34,734 nt of DNA from a virus. Positions 25,785 to 32,329 of the stretch are shown here, piece after piece (position 1 is the first letter of the stretch; each line of letters starts with the position of its first letter). A model generated the notes under the pieces. That model saw only the letters and a program-made list of their open reading frames with translations. It was not told the DNA's origin and did not search any database. The position numbers were made by a program, and so were the translations under genes. Where the stretch lies: the IMG/VR virus record IMGVR_UViG_3300038701_001263, one strand, 5' to 3'.

Positions 25785-27392
25785 ATGTATCGCCGCAATA
25801 GAAACGCGAGGCTCTTAAGCGGTGGCCTCGTAGGTGTTCCGCCGGGATACGGTGATGAGTATTGGACCGCTACCGCCCCACTCCTCCGAACTCGCGGCTA
25901 CCTCGGGGCGGCTCCTGCTGCTGCTGCGGGAGATGACCATTGGGATGACGTGACGCTGTTGTTGGATGGGTCTAGCCCTACGAACAACCTCAAGTCAGGC
26001 GGGGCGACCGTAACGAACCCAAACTCGGACGTTTCAACAACTACAACAGACCCCGGCAGTCACCCCTATGCGACGGACTTCCTGTCGTTCAACTCGGACG
26101 TAGCCAAAAAACTTACGATTACCAATGACGCCAACGTGGCTTTTGGAAACGATGACTTTACGATTGAGGCATGGATTTACATCGACGCTAGTGAGTCCAT
26201 CACCACTTCAGCTAGCACTTGGCCGGTGCTTCTTGATGCTCGTTCCACGAGCAACGACTCCTTTATTCTGTACATACAGAATACTGGAAGTGGGCCAAAG
26301 CTAGTCCAGAACTTGAATGGTGACAGGATAATCGGCACCACTTCTCTTTCAGTGTCTACTTGGTATCACGTCGCCCTAACCGTCGAAAACAACATTGCGA
26401 GGATTTTCCTTGATGGCACTCAGGAGGGCAGTAGCTGGGACAGTACCACCAACAGTTTTACACCAGCGACAAATATCGAGCTAGGCTTTAGGTCTTATAC
26501 CTCCGCAGCCATCAGTCGTTTCCACGGTTACATGACCGACATCCGCATCACCAAAGGCGTCGCCCGGTACACCGGACCCTTCGACCCGCCAGACGCTAGT
26601 TTCCCTACGAATGCTCCAAGCGGTTCTTCAGGCACACCCGGAGATGAGTATTGGAATGACGTGGATCTCCTAATTAGTGGTTCCGGCGTCACGGCTGGTA
26701 GCTCCGTCACTGACCTATCAACCGAAGGGAATGACTTCACCAGCGTCTCGACCGCCAGCCTGAGTACGACTGGCCCATATGGAACCACTCAAGGCGTCCT
26801 CGATTTCGATGGTACGAATGATTGGCTCCGAGAAACAACGTCTAGCGGTGACTTTAAGTTTGGAACAGACGATTTCACTATTGAGTTCTGGGCGAAGAGC
26901 GACATCACAAACTCTAACTACCCGGGCCTAATAGACCACGACCTGGCTGCGGGTACTTCGACGGATGACTACTTCGTCGTTCACTTGAGCAACAGTGAAT
27001 ATAGTTTTTGGGCGGGAGCAGGAACCAAATATCTCTCAGGGACGGTCGGCACTGTAACGGGCTGGAACCATGTCGCTATTACTCGGCAGGGAACGTCGGG
27101 CGAAATGTTTATCAACGGGTCGTCTACCAGTACCACGAGTAGTTTACCCTCCAACATGACAAGCGGCATCGCTCGCCAGCTCTACATTGGGCGGCAATGG
27201 TGGGACGACCAGCCAACCTTCCGCTGCTTTAACGGCAAGATGGCAGACGTTCGCATCACCCGTGGCGTCGCTCGGGACATCGCGGCGGACTGGACCGCTG
27301 GGCTGTATGATGATCCGCCTCTCCAGAACGTCCCGGCGGAGGCTGGCGGCATGCTCACCCTCTACGACCGCTATCTGGACAACCTCTCCTAA
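25785..27392 (+). CDS. Double LamG/concanavalin-A-like lectin-domain protein, putative receptor-binding protein (cassette B, gene 3)
   Basis: Two Laminin_G_3-type units: DDFTIEAWIY..WYHVALT..FHGYMTDIRITKGVARY and DDFTIEFWAK..WNHVAIT..FNGKMADVRITRGVAR. Sampled lines give GC of about 45-50%. Confidence 0.75.
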   Translation: MYRRNRNARLLSGGLVGVPPGYGDEYWTATAPLLRTRGYLGAAPAAAAGDDHWDDVTLLLDGSSPTNNLKSGGATVTNPNSDVSTTTTDPGSHPYATDFLSFNSDVAKKLTITNDANVAFGNDDFTIEAWIYIDASESITTSASTWPVLLDARSTSNDSFILYIQNTGSGPKLVQNLNGDRIIGTTSLSVSTWYHVALTVENNIARIFLDGTQEGSSWDSTTNSFTPATNIELGFRSYTSAAISRFHGYMTDIRITKGVARYTGPFDPPDASFPTNAPSGSSGTPGDEYWNDVDLLISGSGVTAGSSVTDLSTEGNDFTSVSTASLSTTGPYGTTQGVLDFDGTNDWLRETTSSGDFKFGTDDFTIEFWAKSDITNSNYPGLIDHDLAAGTSTDDYFVVHLSNSEYSFWAGAGTKYLSGTVGTVTGWNHVAITRQGTSGEMFINGSSTSTTSSLPSNMTSGIARQLYIGRQWWDDQPTFRCFNGKMADVRITRGVARDIAADWTAGLYDDPPLQNVPAEAGGMLTLYDRYLDNLS

Positions 27393-27455
27393 CACGGACG
27401 ACACCGCCCACGCCCAGCCAAAGACAAAAATACCAAGGACAAACAGGTAAAAACA

Positions 27456-27701
27456 ATGACCGACGACGAAATCAAAAAACTGGCGCGCGAGACAGTCGCC
27501 GAGACGCTGCGGTCACTTGGCCTTGATCCGTCGTCGCCTGACACTGTTGCCGACATCCACGACCTCAAGGGCCTGCTGGGCGCGTGGAGAGGCGCTAAGC
27601 GCACCATCGGCCAAACGGTCACGCGCATGATCACCGTCGCCATACTCGGCGCTCTGGCGGTTGGTGCGGCAATGCAAATTCGAGGCGGAGGCGGCGAATA
27701 A
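27456..27701 (+). CDS. Single-TM lysis-cassette protein (holin/antiholin-like, putative)
   Basis: 81 aa. Soluble N-terminus and one C-terminal TM (MITVAILGALAVGAAM). TAATG-coupled to the endolysin gene. Confidence 0.4.
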   Translation: MTDDEIKKLARETVAETLRSLGLDPSSPDTVADIHDLKGLLGAWRGAKRTIGQTVTRMITVAILGALAVGAAMQIRGGGGE

Positions 27702-28525
27702 TGGTCATGTTGAACCGACACAAGGTTTGTTCCGCTTACTGGCGCGAGGCTGCGCACTACGGCGGGCAGATCAACCGCGACCTGCCGCTCTACGTCATCG
27801 CGCACGACACGGCGGGACGCGACGCCGACAGCACCGTCAACTTCATCGCCAACGGCTCGCGTAAGGCCAGTTATCACGTCATCATCAGCCGCGACGGCGT
27901 CATGACGCAGATGGTCCCGCTGGATCGTCAGGCCTACCACGCCGGCGTCTCGCAGCATCCGACAAAGCCGTGGCTCAAAGGGATGAACCGCTGTTCAATC
28001 GGCGTCGCCTTCGATAACCCCGGCGAACTGTCGCGCACGACTGACGGCACTTATCGCGCTTGGTTTGGGTCGTCTTGGTCGGCAAGTGAGGTCGAGCGCG
28101 GACACCGCAAAGGTCGCGACACCTGGCATCGCCCCTATACGCCGCAGCAGCTTCGCGCGTTTGAAAAGCTCGTGCTGGCCCTCGATGCAGAATATGGCCT
28201 CGGCGGCGTTCTCAGCCATTACGACATCGCGCCAGATCGCAAAGTCGACACCTCGCCGACCCTCGACCCACTGCTGCGCGCGTTGACGCAACAGGTCGAA
28301 GACAAAGCCGAAGACATGCCAATCGGCGACCGGGCGATCGTGGCCACCGTCGGCGGTCTGAACCTGCGGCGCGGCCCCAGCATCAACGCCGAGGTCATTG
28401 AGACGATGCCCTGGAATACGGGCCTGACCGTCGAGCCGCCTATCCAGTCCAGCGGCTACGTCTTCGTCTCGACCGATGACGGGCAATCCGGCTGGGCGCA
28501 TTCTCACTACTTACAAGGAATTTGA
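27701..28525 (+). CDS. Endolysin: N-acetylmuramoyl-L-alanine amidase (Amidase_2/PGRP type) with C-terminal SH3b-like domain
   Basis: YVIAHDTAG, ASYHVIISRDG, AYHAGVS and HYDIAPDRKVDTSP. C-terminal VGGLNLRRGPSINAEVIETMPWNTGLTVE..GWAHSHYL. Confidence 0.88.
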   Translation: MVMLNRHKVCSAYWREAAHYGGQINRDLPLYVIAHDTAGRDADSTVNFIANGSRKASYHVIISRDGVMTQMVPLDRQAYHAGVSQHPTKPWLKGMNRCSIGVAFDNPGELSRTTDGTYRAWFGSSWSASEVERGHRKGRDTWHRPYTPQQLRAFEKLVLALDAEYGLGGVLSHYDIAPDRKVDTSPTLDPLLRALTQQVEDKAEDMPIGDRAIVATVGGLNLRRGPSINAEVIETMPWNTGLTVEPPIQSSGYVFVSTDDGQSGWAHSHYLQGI

Positions 28526-28528
28526 ACA

Positions 28529-28744
28529 ATGTCAGAAATGAACGCAAAACCGTGGTTCTATTCGCGCACCATTTGGGGCGTGATCGTGATGGCCGCAGCC
28601 GGCGCAGCACAGCAGTTTGGCTTGGCTGAAGTAACGCCGGAGGCTCAAGCCGCCGTGGTCGACTGGATCATCAACGTGGTCGGCGTGGGCGCTGCGGGCA
28701 TGGCGATCTGGGGCCGCGTATCGGCAGACCGCAAGATCGGATGA
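28529..28744 (+). CDS. Holin (two TM helices), putative
   Basis: 71 aa. TIWGVIVMAAAGAAQQF and VDWIINVVGVGAAGMAIWG. Lies directly after the endolysin gene and is ATGA-coupled to the next gene. Confidence 0.6.
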   Translation: MSEMNAKPWFYSRTIWGVIVMAAAGAAQQFGLAEVTPEAQAAVVDWIINVVGVGAAGMAIWGRVSADRKIG

Positions 28745-28953
28745 GCGTCGTCCTGACCCTATTGCGCGTGCTGCTGCAGACCGCCATCAATGCGGGAGTC
28801 GCATTCGATGCAGGCAGACGGCACGCGCAAGCCCAGCAACGACAAACCGATCAAAAGGCCGCAGCCGATGCACTGGAAGCTCGTCAAACTGTCCCTACTG
28901 ATCGCGACGATCTCGTTGACGAGTTGCGCGAGTCGGGAAAACTCCGAGATTAG
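28741..28953 (+). CDS. i-spanin (putative)
   Basis: N-terminal TM (VVLTLLRVLLQTAINAGVAF) plus a charged Q/A/R-rich periplasmic part. The o-spanin ORF starts inside it. Confidence 0.5.
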   Translation: MSVVLTLLRVLLQTAINAGVAFDAGRRHAQAQQRQTDQKAAADALEARQTVPTDRDDLVDELRESGKLRD

Positions 28954-29080
28954 CGCCCCGAGCCTGGCGGCGGCGTGCGTGGTTTTCGAGCCGATCACCG
29001 CGAGCCAGCAAGACACGACCGAAACGATCCGGCAGATCGTGCAGCACAACCGCGTAAGGAATTTGATCTGTGGCGATTAA
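28868..29080 (+). CDS. o-spanin lipoprotein (overlapped architecture)
   Basis: MHWKLVKLSLLIATISLTSC has a lipobox LTS|C. 70 aa. Out of frame with, and overlapping, the last 86 nt of the i-spanin gene. Confidence 0.65.
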   Translation: MHWKLVKLSLLIATISLTSCASRENSEISAPSLAAACVVFEPITASQQDTTETIRQIVQHNRVRNLICGD

Positions 29081-29279
29081 GACGGATTGGGACGGGTTTG
29101 AAGATGGTCCGATTTCGGACGACTTTGACGACGTGCCGCCCGAAATCATTCAAGCTGAGACGGTCGGGAAGATGGTCGAGGCGGCTGCCGTCATGGGCTT
29201 GAACCTCGAAATCCGCCTGAAAATCGGCGGTGAAGTGTGCAAAATCACGGTCGAGAACGACCCAGACGTGGCACACTGA
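29070..29279 (+). CDS. Small acidic hypothetical protein, 69 aa
   Basis: GTG 29070 lies 9 nt after AAGGA. 16 Asp/Glu versus 5 Lys/Arg. Last gene of the late operon, next to the putative attP. Confidence 0.5.
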   Translation: MAIKTDWDGFEDGPISDDFDDVPPEIIQAETVGKMVEAAAVMGLNLEIRLKIGGEVCKITVENDPDVAH

Positions 29280-29281
29280 CC

Positions 29282-29306
29282 AAAAAAAGACCCCGCCGAA
29301 GCGAGG
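29282..29306 (-). terminator. Rho-independent terminator for the minus-strand lysogeny operon
   Basis: On the minus strand: CCUCGC-UUCG-GCGGGG hairpin (one G-U pair), followed by UCUUUUUUU (plus-strand A7 at 29282-29288). Confidence 0.6.
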
Positions 29307-29330
29307 CCAAAGTCCATGAGGTCTAACAAT

Positions 29331-29389
29331 TACCGAACCGGCCCCATGTAAGTTGCTGTTTTCTCTAACTTTTTTACGGTTTTTCGGTA
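29331..29389. promoter_or_regulatory. Putative attP region / recombinase or repressor sites (inverted TACCGAA .. TTCGGTA)
   Basis: Perfect 7-bp inverted repeat at 29331-29337 and 29383-29389 in the AT-rich gap where the late and lysogeny operons converge. Confidence 0.3.
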
Positions 29390-29400
29390 GCGCTTGGTAT

Positions 29401-29658
29401 TTAGTGCGCGATTTCGGACAAGTCTTTGTCCAGAAGCTCGTCAGCCAAAATGTCAATTGCCTGCACCTGGCGCAGTTTCATCCGGCTTAAAGCCTGTGCG
29501 ATTTCTATGATCGCCTGCTGGTCGAGCGTAACGTCAGGAAAATGGATTTCAAAAATCCCGTGTTCCTCGTGCATGATTGCCAGGTCGGCCGCGTTCGCAA
29601 TTGCGTGCAGCCGGTGGTCAGTGCGGCGGGGAAAGTCGACAAGATTTTTATCAGTCAC
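29401..29658 (-). CDS. Small acidic hypothetical protein, 85 aa, downstream of the integrase gene
   Basis: GTG start preceded by GGAGG (10-nt spacing). No recognisable domain, and not basic as typical excisionases are. Confidence 0.6.
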   Translation of the reverse strand: MTDKNLVDFPRRTDHRLHAIANAADLAIMHEEHGIFEIHFPDVTLDQQAIIEIAQALSRMKLRQVQAIDILADELLDKDLSEIAH

Positions 29659-29704
29659 AGTTTTTAATCCTCCGTAATTAGTGATGTTGGCACGTTACAA
29701 ATGT

Positions 29705-30976
29705 TCACACTTTGTTTACAAGCCCTAAAGCGTGGTCGGGACGGAAAACAGCGTAAGTTTTTTCAATCTGCTCGGCGCTGTTTCCGGTGATCTTTCCGAT
29801 GACCCAAGGCGAAAAACCTTCGGCCGCAGCCCAGGTCGCAAATGACCTGCGGAAAGCGTGGCTGTGAATGACCGGCGCAAGTTCGCGCATCCGGTCGTTT
29901 TCTGATTTCGACATCGCCTTGCGAAGACTTTCAATGATCGTGTCGAAGTTAACGCGCTGCCAAAGCACAAACGGCGATCCGTCGCGCTCGGCAAAAGCCC
30001 GCAACATAATCGGCATCAATGCGTCAGAAATCGGAACGTGCGGGCGGCGCTTTGTGGAATAGCTCTGACCCACGACGGCAAAATTGATCGTGCGGCGGTC
30101 CAGATCAACGCGATCCCATCGCAGGTCAGCGTAAAACGACCGTCGCCCGCCCGTGTATCGGACCATGTGCAAATAGATTTCCAAGTCGCTCAGACGCCCC
30201 GTGCGGTTGGATCCGCGCGGCATGTCCGCCGCAGCGCCCAAAACGTCGGCCCAGTCCTGTTTGGTCAGGACGAGGCGTTGCACTTCGGGTTCCGCGACGC
30301 GCTGCCAGGTTGGCGGCTTTGCGTCGATCACACCGTCGCGCGCGGCTTGGTTGATGATCGCGTTAAACGTCTTGGCCTCGTTGTTTCGCGTCGAGGTCTT
30401 CACGCGCGGCCGCGTCGCCTCGTACACGGCTTGGTCGTCACGAGTGAATGAACTGACCGGTTTGTCGTGGGTAAAACAAGCCAGCAATTTGGTGCAGACG
30501 GACACGCGGCTCTTATGGCCGGGACGGTCACGGCGCTTAGCCAGGTATTGGTCGACAACCTGCCCGAACGTGGCGCTTGCCTCAACGCCCTCGGCCCATC
30601 CCATTTCGATCATTTTGCGCGGCACTTTCTGCAGCGCGAGGTCGTGGTCTTTTTCGCTCAGACCGACGCGCCGCGTCCGCCCGTCGATCTTGACGTGGAG
30701 CTGATAGCTGTTCTTCGACTCGCACCAAACGACGCGCGGCTGCTGGTCCTGCACGGTCTTTTCGAGCCGACGCAGCCTTTCGCGCGCTAGCTTCGGAGTG
30801 GCCGACTTGATCGAGTCGCGCGCGTTGACCGTTTCGCCGTCAATCTGATCGAGCCAGACGACGCGATGCGAACCGTCGTCGCGCACGACGCGAAAGCCTA
30901 CGGCGTGCCGGGTGGGTTTCTTAAAGTTCAAGGTCTTCAAAGTCTTCCTCCATTCTGCGCGTCTCAAATCGCGCAT
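29705..30976 (-). CDS. int: Tyrosine integrase
   Basis: RYTGGRRSF (Arg I), HAFRRSFATW (H-x-x-R) and EKTYAVF (catalytic Tyr). The start is uncertain: ATG 30976 overlaps the repressor gene by 56 nt, and an in-frame TTG at 30940 follows GGAGG by 6 nt. Confidence 0.9.
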   Translation of the reverse strand: MRDLRRAEWRKTLKTLNFKKPTRHAVGFRVVRDDGSHRVVWLDQIDGETVNARDSIKSATPKLARERLRRLEKTVQDQQPRVVWCESKNSYQLHVKIDGRTRRVGLSEKDHDLALQKVPRKMIEMGWAEGVEASATFGQVVDQYLAKRRDRPGHKSRVSVCTKLLACFTHDKPVSSFTRDDQAVYEATRPRVKTSTRNNEAKTFNAIINQAARDGVIDAKPPTWQRVAEPEVQRLVLTKQDWADVLGAAADMPRGSNRTGRLSDLEIYLHMVRYTGGRRSFYADLRWDRVDLDRRTINFAVVGQSYSTKRRPHVPISDALMPIMLRAFAERDGSPFVLWQRVNFDTIIESLRKAMSKSENDRMRELAPVIHSHAFRRSFATWAAAEGFSPWVIGKITGNSAEQIEKTYAVFRPDHALGLVNKV

Positions 30977-31322
30977 TTGCGGCCAGCACGTCGTCGAGCA
31001 TGGCCTTGTCCACCGGCATGCGGCAGTTCAGGACATACCAGTCCGGCCGACCCAAAATCGGTGAAAAAGTTACGTTGCTGCGCGCGAGATTAACGGCCGT
31101 TTGGTCGTAAGCCTCTGGGCAAAGCTCGCGCGGTTTTATCTCAAGGAATTCAGCCAAGACGGCCAGCCGACGGCCTTTCGGAATGTGCGAACCACGAACC
31201 CAGCCGCTTATGGACTGCTGCGCGAGGCCGGTTTGCCGGGCCATTTCTTGTTGCGTTAGCTCGCGATCCTGCATGATCGCTTTAAGGCGACGGCCGAAAT
31301 CGGCGTATCTGTCAGAAGCCAT
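30921..31322 (-). CDS. CI-like XRE-family repressor (no S24 peptidase domain)
   Basis: HTH_3 segment LTQQEMARQTGLAQQSISGWVRGSHIPKGRRLAVLAEFLEI. Adjacent to int on the minus strand. Confidence 0.75.
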   Translation of the reverse strand: MASDRYADFGRRLKAIMQDRELTQQEMARQTGLAQQSISGWVRGSHIPKGRRLAVLAEFLEIKPRELCPEAYDQTAVNLARSNVTFSPILGRPDWYVLNCRMPVDKAMLDDVLAANARFETRRMEEDFEDLEL

Positions 31323-31336
31323 GATTTGATGATCCT

Positions 31337-31362
31337 TATGGTTTTATGCGATATGGTTTTAT
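31337..31362. promoter_or_regulatory. Two 11-bp direct repeats TATGGTTTTAT in the leader of the repressor gene
   Basis: Copies at 31337-31347 and 31352-31362, immediately upstream (minus sense) of the AAGGA RBS of the CI-like gene. Confidence 0.4.
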
Positions 31363-31389
31363 CCCCATTTTTGACCTTTATTTAATTTG

Positions 31390-31416
31390 TACCGATAAAT
31401 CAAGCGTTATACCGAT
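31390..31416. promoter_or_regulatory. Two TACCGAT (rc ATCGGTA) sites 20 bp apart; candidate operators
   Basis: Sites at 31390-31396 and 31410-31416, overlapping a plus-strand TTGACC (31371) -N17- GATAAA promoter-like element. Confidence 0.35.
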
Positions 31417-31440
31417 CAGTCTGCGCGTGTGCGCGTAATG

Positions 31441-31842
31441 CTAAAGCGTCACCCCACACGGATAGGCCCACGTAAACGCGCCGACAGCAGCGATTTCGAG
31501 CGACGCGCGCTCGTCTCCGACCAGGTTGGCCGCAACCAAGTATTCGAGAATGAGGTTCGCGGTCGCATCAATGTCGGTCAGGCTGTGCATCTGGCACGCG
31601 ATGGGCTGACCGGACGCCAAGACCGCGCCGATGTTCGCGCCCGAAACAACGCCCGCAATGTACGCCCAGAGCGGGCTGTTTGGGTCCACGCGCTCGCTGT
31701 TCAGAAGCGGCAAGTAAAAGTCTTGCGACGTGTGCTGCTGCATTTCGACGTGGCCCACGTCTTCGGCCCAAGCGTCGCTGTACGCCCCGATCAGGCTTGC
31801 CAGCGCGAAACAGACCGCGCCGATTGTAAGGTGGCGGTTCAT
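31441..31842 (-). CDS. Secreted (Sec signal peptide) small protein, Rap1a/Tai4-like periplasmic immunity-protein pattern (tentative)
   Basis: Signal peptide MNRH-LTIGAVCFALASLIGA-YSDAWA|ED. The mature part has two Cys (IACQM, AYPCG) and a YIAGV motif. ATGA-coupled to the upstream ORF. Confidence 0.4.
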   Translation of the reverse strand: MNRHLTIGAVCFALASLIGAYSDAWAEDVGHVEMQQHTSQDFYLPLLNSERVDPNSPLWAYIAGVVSGANIGAVLASGQPIACQMHSLTDIDATANLILEYLVAANLVGDERASLEIAAVGAFTWAYPCGVTL

Positions 31843-32177
31843 GACTTCGTCTCCTCGCCCATCGCCTTGCGGCGGCGCAGATCCATCGACGCCGAGTAAG
31901 CGCGCTCCATTGCCATCAGCGCGCGTTCTTCGATGATGTTCAGGCCGCGATGGTCGCGCCAGGAACGCAAATCGTCGATGCGGTGTTTCGCTTCGTTCAC
32001 GTGGTAATAGACGCCTCGATAGATGACGCCGCTCAGCATGGGCGTCGCGCCGTCCAGTGGGCCATCCATCGTCGCCTCGACCCGGTCGAGATAGGCCTGA
32101 CGGATCTTGCGTTTGCGATCAGGGAGAGCAACTGCCGTAACGGTAGGTTGTCGGTAGAGTCGAGAATAAGCTTTCAT
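31839..32177 (-). CDS. Hypothetical basic protein, 112 aa, first gene of the minus-strand lysogeny operon
   Basis: ATG 32177 lies 9 nt after GAGG. No recognisable domain. Confidence 0.6.
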   Translation of the reverse strand: MKAYSRLYRQPTVTAVALPDRKRKIRQAYLDRVEATMDGPLDGATPMLSGVIYRGVYYHVNEAKHRIDDLRSWRDHRGLNIIEERALMAMERAYSASMDLRRRKAMGEETKS

Positions 32178-32241
32178 ATGAAAGAACCTCTGTCGAAAAT
32201 TTCAGGTGAAAGAATGTCTGTTCCTCCCTGCTACCAATATT

Positions 32242-32291
32242 TTTTCGGTATTACAAGTGGAATATCAACTTTTCGGTTGATCTCGGTATTT
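32242..32291. promoter_or_regulatory. Operator-like TCGGT(A/T) triplet in the divergent control region, with a candidate early promoter
   Basis: TTTTCGGTA at 32242-32250, TTTTCGGTT at 32270-32278, TCTCGGTA at 32281-32288. TTGATC (32277) -N17- TTATGC reads toward the early operon. Confidence 0.4.
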
Positions 32292-32329
32292 GTCTCGGGT
32301 TATGCGTCGAAAAAATTTTGGAGACAGAC

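Noticed and set aside
21733-27392. Diversity-generating retroelement targeting the lectin-fold receptor-binding genes.
   Set aside because: There is no reverse-transcriptase ORF anywhere in the genome. I saw no template/variable repeat pair with adenine-specific differences. The repeats present are in-frame fibre repeats.
29280-29400. tRNA or tmRNA fragment at the putative attP, and tRNA genes elsewhere in the non-coding gaps (5433-5636, 8604-8870).
   Set aside because: There is no T-loop consensus (GGTTCGAAT-like) and no cloverleaf-compatible stems. The hairpins present are terminator-like.
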